A stretch of DNA of 64,000 bases from assembly GCA_951406725.2 (NCBI GenBank), contig OX597815.1, positions 26,598,001 to 26,662,000 of the forward strand. Direction: 5' to 3'. Origin of the DNA: Octopus vulgaris. Lineage: Eukaryota. The notes beneath the pieces were generated by a model that was not told the DNA's origin, did not search any database, and worked only from the letters and a program-made list of their open reading frames with translations. Each line of letters begins with the position of its first letter. Positions within the stretch are counted from its first letter, which is position 1. The position numbers and the translations under genes were made by a program. This document shows positions 14,346 through 27,974 of the stretch, piece by piece.

Positions 14346-14548
14346 GTAAATAGTTAACTGTGTTTAAATATAACTTCATTTCATTTACAAGTCTTAAGTG
14401 CCCAGTTCTGCAACAAGGAAAGAAAGACATGTATTTACAATTATATTTATTTCCGTCTCGTCTTTCTATTTCATGCATAACCTATCTGATATACAAGGAG
14501 AGTAGGAAAGAGTAGGTGGATGAAACAAAGTGTACATGTGTGTGCATG

Positions 14549-14645
<97 letters not shown>

Positions 14646-14929
14646 ATATATATATATATGCGTGGTGGGGTGCGCGCGTGTGTTTGTCTGTAGTTATGCA
14701 TTAAATATGTATAGCTACATATATTTTATATGTAAATATATATTATACATATATATATATATATATATATGTAATCTAGAGGGAGAGAAAGAAAGAGAGA
14801 GATAGTTGTGTATATGTGCTTATATAGATATATATATATGTATGTATGTATGTGTATATATATGTATGTATTTATATATATGCGTGCGTGTGTGTATATA
14901 TATACGTATATATATGTATATGTACACAT

Positions 14930-14960
<31 letters not shown>

Positions 14961-14981
14961 CGTGGGAAAATATATTTATGC

Positions 14982-15027
<46 letters not shown>

Positions 15028-15243
15028 ACACGTGTAAAAATATATTTATGCGTATATGTGTGTGTGCGCGCCTGTGAGTATGCGTATGTTGTGCGTTTGC
15101 GCGTGCATGCACTGCTAGGTAGACACAGTGACTAGTTGATCGATTAACTGATTTGCATATACTTGCATACGTACCTAATTATTTATTATATGACGAACAT
15201 AATATTGATGCACTTTTTAAATCTCAAAGAATTTTAATATAAA

Positions 15244-15267
15244 ATGATGATGATGATGATGATGATA

Positions 15268-15328
<61 letters not shown>
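15244..15328. repeat. (GAT)n microsatellite
   Basis: Seen directly. Confidence 0.98.
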
Positions 15329-15486
15329 CGTTTATGCCGATAATAATGACTACGAAGAAGAGAAGGGGGTTCAAGGTACTATTGAAATAATACCACTGTT
15401 ATATTTCGTTAGAGATTGAAGTTCTTGAGAATATGTTTCTTTCAAAAATAATTCACTATTTTGTTCTTTTACCTTGCAAAAATTAG

Positions 15487-15589
15487 GTGAAAAAATTAGC
15501 GCGAAGACAGAATCAAGAAAACACTTTGGACACGAAAAAAGGTCAACAGAGATCCCAAAAAAGGAAAAAAGACGATGATCATGATTCGG
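15487..15589 (+). CDS. Lmx1: Lmx1 exon, end of homeodomain and basic/acidic tail
   Basis: Acceptor aattAG and donor GTATGT at 15590. Encodes VKKLARRQNQENTLDTKKGQQRSQKRKKDDDHDS; KKLARR follows the homeodomain in Lmx1. Phase 0 in, phase 1 out. Confidence 0.92.
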
Positions 15590-16096
15590 GTATGTTACTT
15601 AATAAAACATACAATATGTCCCATATGTTTGTTTCAACGCTCTTTGTTGGTGGGTTAAGTAATTTCAAAACGATACAGTTTTGTTTAAACTAAATATGAA
15701 AATGCTTAGACTAAATTTTCAGTGCAATCTTATAACGAATATAGTATTGCCAATCGATCTTTTTTCTGTGATCTGAATATTTTAAATTACTGATAGAAAA
15801 AATATCGAAGTTTTAAAAGTATTTATGCCTAAATGATAATTCCTGTCTAAATTATCTGAAATTGAATTTGAATTTACAGTAGAAAAGCTGTCATTATTCA
15901 CGGTTCGGATGCATCTTTGTTTTTCGACTGTATCTCAGCCAAGTCTATGTTTTTTCCCTTCAGCTGTAGTTTTAGGGACAACTTGATGACGCTAGTTCCT
16001 GTTATGAATAACGGTCAATTTTTTATACTTAATTTCTCTTTTAATAAAATAATAATCTATAACCTCAAGCCATATTTCTCTTCATTTCGTTTAAAC

Positions 16097-16447
16097 CAGT
16101 GGTTCTCAACCGGGGTTCAAATGGCCCCTGAGGCTCCATGTAAGATTTTGCGGGGTGCACGCAACAAAATAGTAAATTGGAGGACAACAATAGTATTTTA
16201 AAGGCCCGTGAAAAAATGTTGCTTTCGAAGTATGTATTGGTATTTATTTCAAGAAACATTTACGTTTCTTTCTCTAACATTCTACATAATTCAACCTACG
16301 CAAGTTAATGTCTAAAAAACAGAATGGGAATTTTGAAAGACGTATCTATAAAACTAGATTTTAATCATCGAATGATTATGGGGGTCCACTAGAATAAAAT
16401 AGTAATGAAAGAGGTCCATAGATTAAAAAAATGAATGAGAACCCATG
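16097..16447. mobile_element. Non-autonomous hAT DNA transposon (MITE)
   Basis: Termini CAGTGGTTCTCA ... TGAGAACCCATG, with a perfect 8-bp TSD GTTTAAAC at 16089-16096 and 16448-16455 (8-bp TSD is typical of hAT). Confidence 0.88.
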
Positions 16448-16844
16448 GTTTAAACTATACGAGAACGAGCCCAAAAAGGAGCTTTTAGGTAGTCACTTAG
16501 CTTGCTAGACATGGTAACTAAATTTCACTTAATTCATATCTTATCGTATGAAAAAAAAGATGGTATATTCGGTACATGATGTCGAGAAAGAGAGACGAAG
16601 TGATCGTTGATGAAATACTTAACGTTATGGAGTAGCTCAATCAGAAACGACCTAAGACTAAACAACACCAGCAAAATAGCTACACTCACACTAGTGTATC
16701 TATGTTGAAAGGCTAGAGAATTGATGGAAAGAGTCCAGCTGTAACGCTTTGGAAAAGAAATTCATCTAAAATCTAATGCCTTTAGAAAGTTATATCGAAT
16801 ATTCTCAGAGAAAGTGCTTACATCACTAATCTTTTTGGAAGATA

Positions 16845-16904
<60 letters not shown>

Positions 16905-17943
16905 TGTCTGTGTCTGTGTCTGTGTCTGTGTCTGTGTCTGTGAAGTTGAGTCCACGCGAGTTGCTACTCAAAGTACCATGTATGTATGAGTCTGGGTAAA
17001 GTAAGATTCACTAGTTGACTGAAACTGAAACTAACATATAAAAAGAAATCAAAAGCGAGTATCTCATATGTCGTCTATAAGCTGGCTAAGTGTGTTTATT
17101 GACGCCATATTAAGTATTATGTACGGCTACTGATAATCCTTTTTGTCAAATAAGCCAGTTTGTGAGTGTATTGTTGAAAAAAAAATATATGTTCCTTGGG
17201 AAGGTTGTTTTTAACTGCAATTTTACGATCTATATACTTATAACAGATTTTTAAAAACAAAGAAAACTTCATTTTAAGGTGCATTTAAATATATTGACAA
17301 TTAAAAGTGTATTTTCTGTATTGTAGGCATAAAGGGATCTATATTAGGAATTTGTATTGGTATGCCAAAGAATTTTAGTTTTTAATTAATTACTCTTTGT
17401 CGGCCTTGTTTAAACAGATTATCTGCATTCCTATTTAAGGCGATAGCGCTGGGTTTCCAAAATATCCAGTTGTTATTTCAAACAGACTGAACGAGCATGT
17501 TGAGGGTCACTCACAATGGTTAATGAACCCCGATCTTACCGAATTATCTAAGAACTGTTATTCAAATGTTGTCTTCATTTTTATGTCACTAAAGCATCTA
17601 CTTCCACAAACCTTTCGCCAAGTGGCAACATGCCGACTTTAAAAAGAAGTTCTAGATACGTGAAAGTAAAAGCAAGATTACGTCGATTGAAATAACTTCG
17701 CTTAAAATTCTACCCGAATAAGGCTAACCTGGGGTTAAACAATATCTATACAAAACTGCTCTGCATTGAAGCTTAGATTAGACGACAAGACTTCCTTTAT
17801 ATATATATATATGCATACATACGTGTGTGTGTGTGTGTGTGTGTGTATGTCTGTGTGTGAGAGAGTATGTATATATGTATTATATATATGTATATAAAGT
17901 TAATAAATTTCTGTTATTGATGTTAAACTCTTCAAACTGTACA

Positions 17944-17981
<38 letters not shown>

Positions 17982-18129
17982 TGATATATTATATTATATA
18001 TACATATATATATCACATATATTAAAAATATATTATATATGTAATACATTGTTATACATATTATATAACAGACACGCACACACATACACGTATATTTATA
18101 TATATATACGTGTATATAAATATATATAT

Positions 18130-18182
<53 letters not shown>

Positions 18183-18264
18183 CATACATACCATATATAT
18201 ATTGTTAATAAGCTTGTTATGGATGTTGAACACACGAAACTAGATAACGCTATAGAATACATAC

Positions 18265-18327
<63 letters not shown>

Positions 18328-18478
18328 ACATTGATATATATATGTATATACATATATAATATGCCTTATATATACATACTATACACACTTATAGGTATGC
18401 GCGCGCGCACGTGTGTAGTTAATAAACTTCACTTATGGGTGTTGAACCCTTCAAACTGTACATGACGCTCTAAATTAC

Positions 18479-18523
<45 letters not shown>

Positions 18524-19749
18524 AATGAGCAACAAAACATATATATATATATACACACAAACAAATTGAGTTTTGTGGGTGTATGCTTAAATATAAGCTC
18601 TCTAAAGTAATATTTTAAAATAAATATTAACTGATGCTACTCAACCCTGCAAGATATAGTAAAATTGTTTATTTTTTGTTTTGTCTTCATTCAGTGTTTT
18701 GTATCTTAATTGGGGTATCTAAAATGATTCTTTTTTTATTGCGGCTGATATTACTGTTTTCGTTGTTACAATACCACAACGCATTTTTAATACTTTAAAG
18801 CTTAACATTTAATTTAATAACAACTTTTAATAACCGTGTTTTCTCTTAAAATATGAAGGAAAGTATGAGAAAATAAAAGAAATTACATCAAAGAATGATG
18901 TTATTTTTTTTCCTCAATTATATTTCTTTTATATAACTTTTAGATAAGTTCTCTCATCTAAAAACTTGGTTTTTCTACCGTTTACTTTCTGTCTTATATT
19001 GTAATAGATAAATAATAGCCAGTAAAGTATTATTGCATATTAAGATGATAATTATTGCAGATTTCCGGTTTTGATTTGCTAATCCCTATAAAATTTGATA
19101 TTAAGTTTTATATTAATTTTACCAATCCTTGTATGGTGTATATCAATTTTATAATACATGGGTTCAATATTAATCTATTTGTACCAATAAATTTTGTTGG
19201 GCTGAGTCGAAATATTATTGCAAACTTTGAGTTATATCCTTCAGTAAAAACTTCAAACTTAGCCATTCTAAGTGTTTATACCTATTTAAGAATGTATGCG
19301 AGGTGAAATTTCTCAGAGAATAAGGAGAATAGAACTACTCTTTTCAGTGACAACGTGTTCCTATCCTACCGGTATAGCTGCAGAGGTAACATATAAACCA
19401 ACTAATTGTGGTGGTATCTCGGTTTTATATAAATCTTTCAAAAAAGTCACAGACTCCGAGCTTATCAAGAAACAGTTTCAGTGCAGGAATCGATTTTCTG
19501 TTATAATTTTCAGTTGTAGTAGACTACATTTCATTAGTTTAAATCAAGTAGTACATTATGTAAAATTTCATTTAAACTTATTTGATACCTTAATTATACT
19601 TAAATTTATTCTATCACCTTACATATGTGTGTGTGAATGTATGCGAGTAGTTGTATTCGTAAGATATATAAGTAGTATGTGTGCATGTGTGTGTATATCT
19701 GAATACGCGTTTATATTGATACGTAATTTCAACTTGTTTGATATTGTAG

Positions 19750-19791
19750 ACGGTGGAGGCCCAGTGAATGGTAGTGAATCAAATATGACAC
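19750..19791 (+). CDS. Lmx1: Putative 42-nt Lmx1 micro-exon (D)GGGPVNGSESNMT
   Basis: Acceptor ttgtAG and donor GTGAGT at 19792. GC-richer island in an AT-rich intron. Open, phase 1-1, and fits both neighbours. No homology evidence. Confidence 0.62.
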
Positions 19792-20249
19792 GTGAGTAGT
19801 GTATTCATTGTCCAAATTAAAACAATTATAATCTTGGTTAGGATCACAGTAAGATATGACCTTTTAAACAAAATATCATTCATCCACTCAATAATATAAT
19901 TTAGTCAACAGAGATTATACACACCTCCTTCTACAATGCAAGTTTTTTTATACGTATTTAATATTATTTATAGAACTTTCTACGTTTGAGCTAATATTAG
20001 TCTAGTTAATAAATTCATTATTCACGGTTACTTACTTTATAGTTAAAAAAGAACCTTTAAAGATTAACTAAGTTTAAAATAATGATTTAATCCCCTAATT
20101 GCAACACTTAAAAGGAAATAATCCGATATAATTTGCCAGTGATCTAGGTTACTATGTAACATTCTAATGTAGGAATAGTGATAGTTATAAAAAGCCTTAA
20201 ACATATTTTGTTGTGTTCTGGTTCCTAGTCCTATTCAGTAGTATAATAC

Positions 20250-21800
20250 ACCTACTATTTCTACTATAAACTCAGTATGCTAAACTCAGTAGAAATCTTG
20301 GAGAGTGTATTCATGTTTAGTATAACACCCCTTTTACGTGTGTTTAGTGACATGAACTTAAAAGTAAAGGCTTCTGATTATAATTGAATATCACTACCTT
20401 TTTTTTTTTTCGAAGTCAACTACCCACTCTAAATGTTCAGAACACGCCTATATTTGATCACCGTATTTCTTGTATCTTTATCCTCTTTTAAGTTTTTATA
20501 AGATAACCTGATTCAGACACCTCAGTGTTTGCTATTCAATCTCTTTGTGCTAATCTCTTCATAATAGGTTCGGTTGGTACAAAAGCTAAAACGTAGGATA
20601 TCCTCAACAACTTATATCAACTAGTTTATTACAACACACATATCTCATATAGCTTGCTTGAAACCCCAGTGCTCTTAACACTTGTTTCCTTCATTTTTAA
20701 ATCCAAACTTCAAATTTGCACCGTCTCTACTCTTATATTAGTTCCCATTTTATTCTTATTAGTAGATAAATTGACGAAGACTATATCTTTAAATTCACAT
20801 CAAGCCATATTCCTACTCATTCCCCAGTCTTTATATTGATTACATTAAAAAAAGTTATTGAATATAGGATATCTTTTTACCTGGGATGTATCAACCATCT
20901 CACTTAACTGATGAGGCCATATCTCTGTCAAATATTCTGTGTATATACAGAATTCTCAGTCAAGGCGTATTCTCTATGTAGTTCAAATAGCAATAAAATC
21001 TTCCTCAAATCCCTCCCTACTGTCTTAAAAATGGAAGAACATCTGATAAATAAAAATACGGAATACTTATGAATGGAACATCTTTCAGTATGTCTGTTCG
21101 ATTTGAGTTAACCTAGGACCAATCAATAACAACAACATACCTCATTTATACCTTCATTTCAAATATACACGTTCGTCGAATCTTTGTCAGTAATCTTTTA
21201 CAAATGATCCCAAGAAACAAATCCATATCTTTGATTCACTTACTTCACTTTATCAGTTTCCTTCTGTTCGGTCGTTACTAAACCTATACACAGTTATACA
21301 AATGACAATACTCTGTTGACCTGTTTTCTGCAGATCTACTAATAATACCACCAAGTATTTCAAGATATCCACGTCTTCCACTCATTTAGATATATCATCC
21401 TGTAGAGATACAATAATGTGATAACTTTTAAGAAAGTAAAACTAAACGTTGCCTATTTTTAGCAAGAGTAACTGTATCACATACCTACATTCCAGCTTCA
21501 AAGATCTTACTCACTTCAAACTCTCATAGCCTGTGAGCTTTGCTGGGAGCTATATATTATCAGCATTAAAACTGTATCACGGAAATTTGAATACCTCTCT
21601 CGACCCGAGAAATACCTCTTCTATTAACATCTAATTCTTTACATACCTCAAGTACCACCAAAATTTGGATTAATTACACACTTCCTTGATTCACTTCCTT
21701 GTTTCTTTCATAAGAAAATTAACTGCTTAATGAATAAATTTTCTCTCCGTGAATACGTTCATTTCATGATCTATCTCCATCCTATATTCTCACTGCAAAT
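20250..21800 (-). mobile_element. Highly degraded CR1/L2-like LINE remnant
   Basis: Minus-strand traces of QGSV, LQDDI..EW..W, KYLG.II and YEE-like motifs in the expected order. Confidence 0.4.
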
Positions 21801-21950
21801 ATAAGATACTCTTCATCAGAATCAACGATTCTATTCTCATTCACACGACCAGAACCATTGTAAGCGCTTTAGCTTCTCCTCACTAACACAAAGTAATATA
21901 TATACATCTCTACATTCGAAAAATCCCCAGTTTATGAGTCTTTCTCTATC

Positions 21951-22031
<81 letters not shown>

Positions 22032-22603
22032 TGCTCGCTCGCTCGTCGAATATGTTCCATCAACCGCCAAAGTTTTTACATATTTCACATTAACTTATAA
22101 TACACATTTCGTCCACAAGACATGCAAAGAGCCCATACAATTCTCTTTTCGGATATAATAAAAATGTATAAAGAAAGTACAGTATTCTATCTGCCTAGAA
22201 CTTCAATGACGGTTCTCAATTTAATACTGGATTTTGAAATAAAAATTTTAAATAGAATTCAGATATATAGATCTGAACATCAATCAGATAAAACAACTAG
22301 TTTCGCTTTAGGAGACTGAGGAATAAAAGTTCTAATTTGCCCAATACATTATCCGTATCGTAGAGATAACCTTAAAACATTATGCAAGACTAATTTGATA
22401 TCAGACAAATATATAACGAAACCTAGTTGCTAAAACAGAAGTAGGGACAACAAACATTTTAGAATAGATTTAAAATATTTCGGGTAGTAACATATACGCA
22501 TGTACGAGTACCGATTATTGCAAAAGAAGATATGATTTGTTATGCGTGTACGCGCACGCACACACACACACACACATTTATACATAAGTGTATGTGTGTA
22601 TGA

Positions 22604-22690
<87 letters not shown>

Positions 22691-23102
22691 GGAGGAGACA
22701 GACAAACAGAGAAAGAGAGAGAAAGAATTAGTGTATACCTATTGCGGGCGGCTGACCACGTTGGGTGTGGTGGAATAAGACAACTCGACCGACATGAAGA
22801 CCAAGAACTAAGCCAAATTTGCAGTATTTTGCAGTATAGATGCAACGCTTGTACTTAAATGCACCTAAATATACGAAGATAAACGATTGTAGAGAATAAT
22901 TAATTATAGTAAAACTTTATGTGTCCGTGCATATAAAGGGTTCTCATAAGGAAGAGACGTATTTTAACCGCAAACGATTAGGACTGGAACAACGGATGGG
23001 CGAGTACCCATGATCTGATATATTACTAATAATACGCTACCAATCGCTTTGATGCACACTGTATATGGCTATGTGTGCGTGTGTATATATACATATATAT
23101 AT

Positions 23103-23138
<36 letters not shown>

Positions 23139-24084
23139 GAACATGTGTATGTGTATATATAATATATATACACACACACACACATATATATATATACATA
23201 TATATACATATATGTGTGGGGGGTGTCTGTGTGTGTATATAAGACGGGTAAATATAACATAACCCAGGGGTTCACATATATATACGCATACATACATGTG
23301 TGAGAGTGTCTGTGTGTATATCATATTTATGTGTGTATGTATACGTATTTTTGTGTATGGTTCTTTGTGTGTGCGTTTGTGTGCATGCGTGCTTGCGTAT
23401 GTTCATGTGAAGATCTTTAATATATATAGATTTGGTAAGGTTTAGGTGTTTTAGCCACAAGAATTCGGTAAAGGTGACTTCTTAAAACCACATTAAAAGA
23501 AATTAAAGCAATGCTCTATTAGTGGTTGTTGTGACTGAAGATAATGTATTAAATAGACGCCTCTTAGATTGAACTTAAAATATTTGTTTGGTCAGTGAGA
23601 TGATGTTTGGTGTAGACTACAAATTATAACTGTGTTATGTAATCTAATAATTCCGTGGTTGAGTGTTATAATCTGTATATTTTTTGGCTGAGAGAGAAAA
23701 ATATAATTCCAGATATTTTTAAACAGGCTAGATCTGAACTACATGTTTACGAATAATTTATGATATTCATGTTTGTGAAATCAATCCAACTGGGAATAGA
23801 AGCCATGTTTTTAACTGAATTTGCCAAAAACAACTGGTTGCACATTAGTTTGCCAAAATATTTTTTCAAGTCATGAAATTTAGGATTGTTTGTATAATAA
23901 GTAGCTAAATCAGTAATTAATGAATAACAAAATACTCTAATATTTCCCACTGCAACTATTTTCTCTGCGTTCAAACTTTTTAAAATAGAGCTGTTGGGAA
24001 GAGTTAAGACTGTAAGACTGTATATGTGCTATAGCGAGTCAGAAATCAGCGCAGATATTGATACCTTAGTATTTTGTGTTTCAG

Positions 24085-24168
24085 GACTACCTCCATTACC
24101 CGACTGCCAACAGTACGATAGCGCAGAAGACCAACTTTCCTATTACGAAAAGAAGCCAATACATCGAA
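24085..24168 (+). CDS. Lmx1: Putative 84-nt Lmx1 exon (R)LPPLPDCQQYDSAEDQLSYYEKKPIHR
   Basis: Acceptor ttttgtgtttcAG and donor GTATGT at 24169. Open frame, phase 1-1, compatible with the flanking exons. Confidence 0.72.
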
Positions 24169-24508
24169 GTATGTTTCTACCTCTATTACGTCACATTAAC
24201 TATTTCAAAAAAAATATAGTTCAGTATTTTTCTAACTACTCAGCTACTAAACACACCAAAATATCACATAATCCAATAAATGTGCCTTTTTCAAACAAAT
24301 AGGACTAATCGAGGTTTACCTTTCTATGTATAAAGAGAAACGTTAACGATATTGGATAGTTCGATAAAATTAAATATATATACTTCCCCGATTCCAATAT
24401 GGATTGGCGGAGAGTTCTTTTGTATATTAAGTTCATTGTGTATATTGAGCAACCAAGTACTCTCTCTCTCTCTCTCTCTTTCTCTCTCCCTCTCTCTCCG
24501 TCTCTCGC

Positions 24509-24578
<70 letters not shown>

Positions 24579-24581
<3 letters not shown>

Positions 24582-24792
24582 GGTGTTGCTGAAAAGTTCC
24601 TGACTTTAAGGGTATCTCAAAGGACCTAGTTGGAGGCCCAACCTTCCGAGTACAGGGCTTAGAAAAACTGAAGTGCAGCTGCAATAAGTGTGTGAATCTG
24701 AGAGGAGAATATGTTGAGTAAAATCATAATTAACCGATCCTCTTGTATTTTCTTTTACTCAAAGCCAAGAATATTTCAGCACCCACTCATGT
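24579..24792. mobile_element. Tc1/mariner-type MITE (degenerate copy)
   Basis: TIRs GCTGAAAAGTTCCTGACTTT / AAAGCCAAGAATATTTCAGCACCC. Same internal sequence as 62588-62803. Confidence 0.8.
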
Positions 24793-25063
24793 ATATATAT
24801 TTGTGTGTGTGTATACGTGTGTATGTGTGAGTGTGTTTGTAATTGTATATGAATGTTTGTAAAAATATATATATATATACATGTTTGTATGTTTGCACAC
24901 ACACACATACATACATTTATATATATATATATATAAGTGTGTAAGTGTATATATATATATATATATATATATGCGTAAGTGTGTATGTGTGCGTGGGCGT
25001 GTGCGCGGATATATGTGTGGGAATAAATACGTATATGTGTAGGTGTGTGAGAGGCTATCTAAC

Positions 25064-25125
<62 letters not shown>

Positions 25126-25259
25126 GGGGGTGTTATAAAATGATGTATCATACCACATAGAGGTGTTAGGTGAAACAGAGGTGACAAAATAGAAGGTGTT
25201 GGGAAGTGTGAAATGGAAGTGTGGGTTCTAGTGTGTGCTATGTGTATAGGTGTATGTAT

Positions 25260-26450
25260 ATGCAGTTTCAACGTAACTGGAGTGCGTGGTGTTGGGTAAT
25301 AAGTTAAACGCTACAGAGTGTGTGAGGAGTAGAAGTCGAGGGAGTAGTAGGAAGGTAAGAGGAATATGGTATGGGTAAATGTGTATCGAGGAGGTGAATT
25401 TAGACCACTAGGGACTGAAGAATGGAGACAGAGAATTAATTTCGGCCCTAGACAAGGACGGGTGTCCAGGTGGCTGCTGTGCAAAGCCATGTTGAAAACA
25501 GATAGATGTTGCAGGGAATGACCAGTCGAGCGGAAATGGCATGAGACGAGTGTCTCATAACCAAGTCTAATGTCCCGGAAGTGTTCGGCAAAACGCTCAG
25601 CTAGAATTGACCAGTGTGTCCAATGTACAGGGAGAGGCAAAGAGGGCAAAGGATGCAGTAAATCAAACTATTAGAAGGACAAGTGAATGAGCTGGTGATG
25701 TGGTAGGGACGGTTGTGGGCACCGGTGAGGACAGTGGTATTGAAAAAGAAAGGCGAGTGCACCGGAAAGAGCCAAGTTGAGTGCCAGGAGAGGAGAAAAT
25801 ACGGACCTGTAGGTCACGTAGGTTGCAGGCACGTTTGAAGTAGATATGGGATATGGTGAGGAAGATACAGAAGGTGAAAGAATTGGTGGAAAGTGCATAA
25901 AGTGGAGGGGTAGTGTATATGGATGGTTGGTAAAAAGGAAGAGAGGCGGGAGGGGTGGGCAGTTAAGATGAGAGATAGTGGATGCACGGTCTACAGACCG
26001 AGCAAGAGCGAGGGCGATTTCGATAAAGCTGGACGGTATCGCCGTTAGATGAAGTGGTGGGCCATGAGTTTGAAACCGTGTCTTGAAGTCATGGTCGTCA
26101 CTACAGAACTGATGGAGATGGGGAAACTGGGAGTAAAGGATGAGAAGTTTAGTGTCGGTAGGGTTGGAGGAGAAGAAGTTGAAATAGGAGTGGGAGTCTG
26201 TGGGCTTGTGGATGGAGGTGATAAGGGAAGACTAGTTGATAGCAGTGAAAATATCTAGGAAGTTAACAGAGGTTTTAGAGACAAATTAGGAGAATGTAAG
26301 GCTGGAGAGGGATGATTCGATGAAAAGAAGGAAGAAGCTGAGTTGTTCACAGGAGAGTGAGGTCGTGCCGATATAGCCGTTGATGTACCAACCGTATAGC
26401 TCAAGAATGGTACTGCTAAAATGTAACAATATTTAGGCCTCATCGCAACC
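25260..26450 (-). mobile_element. Penelope-like element fragment with GIY-YIG endonuclease
   Basis: Minus strand gives LIYCILCPLCLSLYIGHTG...LAERFAEHFRDIRLG...VSCHFRSTGHSL...PSGLNS, the PLE GIY-YIG with conserved Cys/His. Frameshifted. Confidence 0.85.
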
Positions 26451-26608
26451 GTTGAACAGGTCCGCGTAGTTGAGGCCTATTCTCCAGAGACCTTGTGGTA
26501 AAACTCCGATGAAAAGCAATTTAAAGAGACAAAATGGTCGGCTAAACGACGCTAGCCTGACGATCGGGACATATAAAACGAAATGCTTGAGTACGAGGAG
26601 GCTTTCAT

Positions 26609-26640
<32 letters not shown>

Positions 26641-27565
26641 TGGTATTTTTATTTGAGTTTTATTTAAGTCCTTTAGAGAATCCAAGCCGGTCGCTAACAA
26701 AGTGTCATACCTTTTTCAGTTAAGAGAATTCGCAGTGTTTGTAAATATGTGATTGAGTTGGTGTGTTGGTTGAACTGTCGATGCATCCAAGTGTGTGCAT
26801 CTATTCACATAAGAATCTCAGATGAAGAATTTTGGGAATGTCTTACAAATTTTCACTGTGCCACTAATATATGGTACGAAGACATCAGTGACTATTTATA
26901 GCTGTTCAGATATATGACAAAACAGTCGGTTAATATACACTCTTACCGCAAAATTATACTATAACAGAAGTAAATATGGCGGTATACGTGTATTTTAAAC
27001 AAGAAATACGGCTATACACACACACATTCACACATGCACACACACAATATTATAAACACACAATGTCACAACAATTCATAACAATACATGTAGGTGTGCG
27101 TTTGTGAATATCTACGAATATTTTCTGTATTTACACATCTAAAGGGTTGGATGAATGTTCATACAAAGATAAAGTTAATGGTAGACAATGGATTGTTTGT
27201 TTGTAGTGGTACACAAAAATATGACACCCACTACAGAAAATACCGGTGATGGTGTTAACGTCGTGCTCTTCTATTTAACGTAACATGTCCTGTAGATCGG
27301 CAAGGGTTGTAAACTTGCTCTTTTCGAACGGCATCTTTAGTTGATATTCGTTCCGTGCCGAGTTAGCAACACTTCCTTGTCGTTCATGCCGTCATTAAGG
27401 TCTCAAACCAACGTGTTTATCAACGGCTCTGATTTGAAATCTGTAACAACAACGCGGTTACACAAAAAATATAAGAATATATTAATTAGGACAGTCTAAA
27501 AAATGTTAACGTGTGAGTATATGCAGGTGGGTGGCGGGGGAGATGTAGTTGTGAGCAAGAATACA

Positions 27566-27815
27566 GGCGGCGAGCTGGCAGAAACGTTAGCACACCGGGC
27601 GAAATGCGTAGCCGTATTTCGTCTGTCGTTACGTTCTGAGTTCAAATTCCGCCGAAGTCGACTTTGCCTTTCGTCCTTTCTGGGTCGATAAATTAAGTAC
27701 CAGTTAAGCACTGGGGTCGATGTAATCGATTTAATCCTTTGTCTGTCTTTGTTTTTCCCCTCTATGTTTAGCCCCTTGTGGGCAATATAGAAATAAGAAA
27801 TAAGAAATAAGAAAT
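27566..27815 (+). mobile_element. SINE family B with (AAGAAAT)n tail and TSD
   Basis: Near-identical to the 10725 and 62328 copies. TSD AAGAATACA at 27557-27565 and 27816-27824. Confidence 0.9.
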
Positions 27816-27917
27816 AAGAATACATTGCATTATCTTTCAGTTGACAAATCTAGATGCAAAAAGATAACTCCATTAACCACGCCAAATTATTTGTAGCTCT
27901 AACAGCGGAAGCACTGG

Positions 27918-27974
<57 letters not shown>

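Noticed and set aside
19296-19749. 167-aa ORF in an Lmx1 intron
   Set aside because: Only the final 42 nt are bounded by splice sites. The rest is low-complexity intronic sequence with no recognisable domain.
20904-20970. CTGATGAGGCC followed by a hairpin
   Set aside because: No downstream GAAA box or closing GGCC, so a hammerhead cannot be built.
26551-26595. CTGACGA...CGAAA hammerhead-like spacing
   Set aside because: No convincing stem I or stem II pairing.
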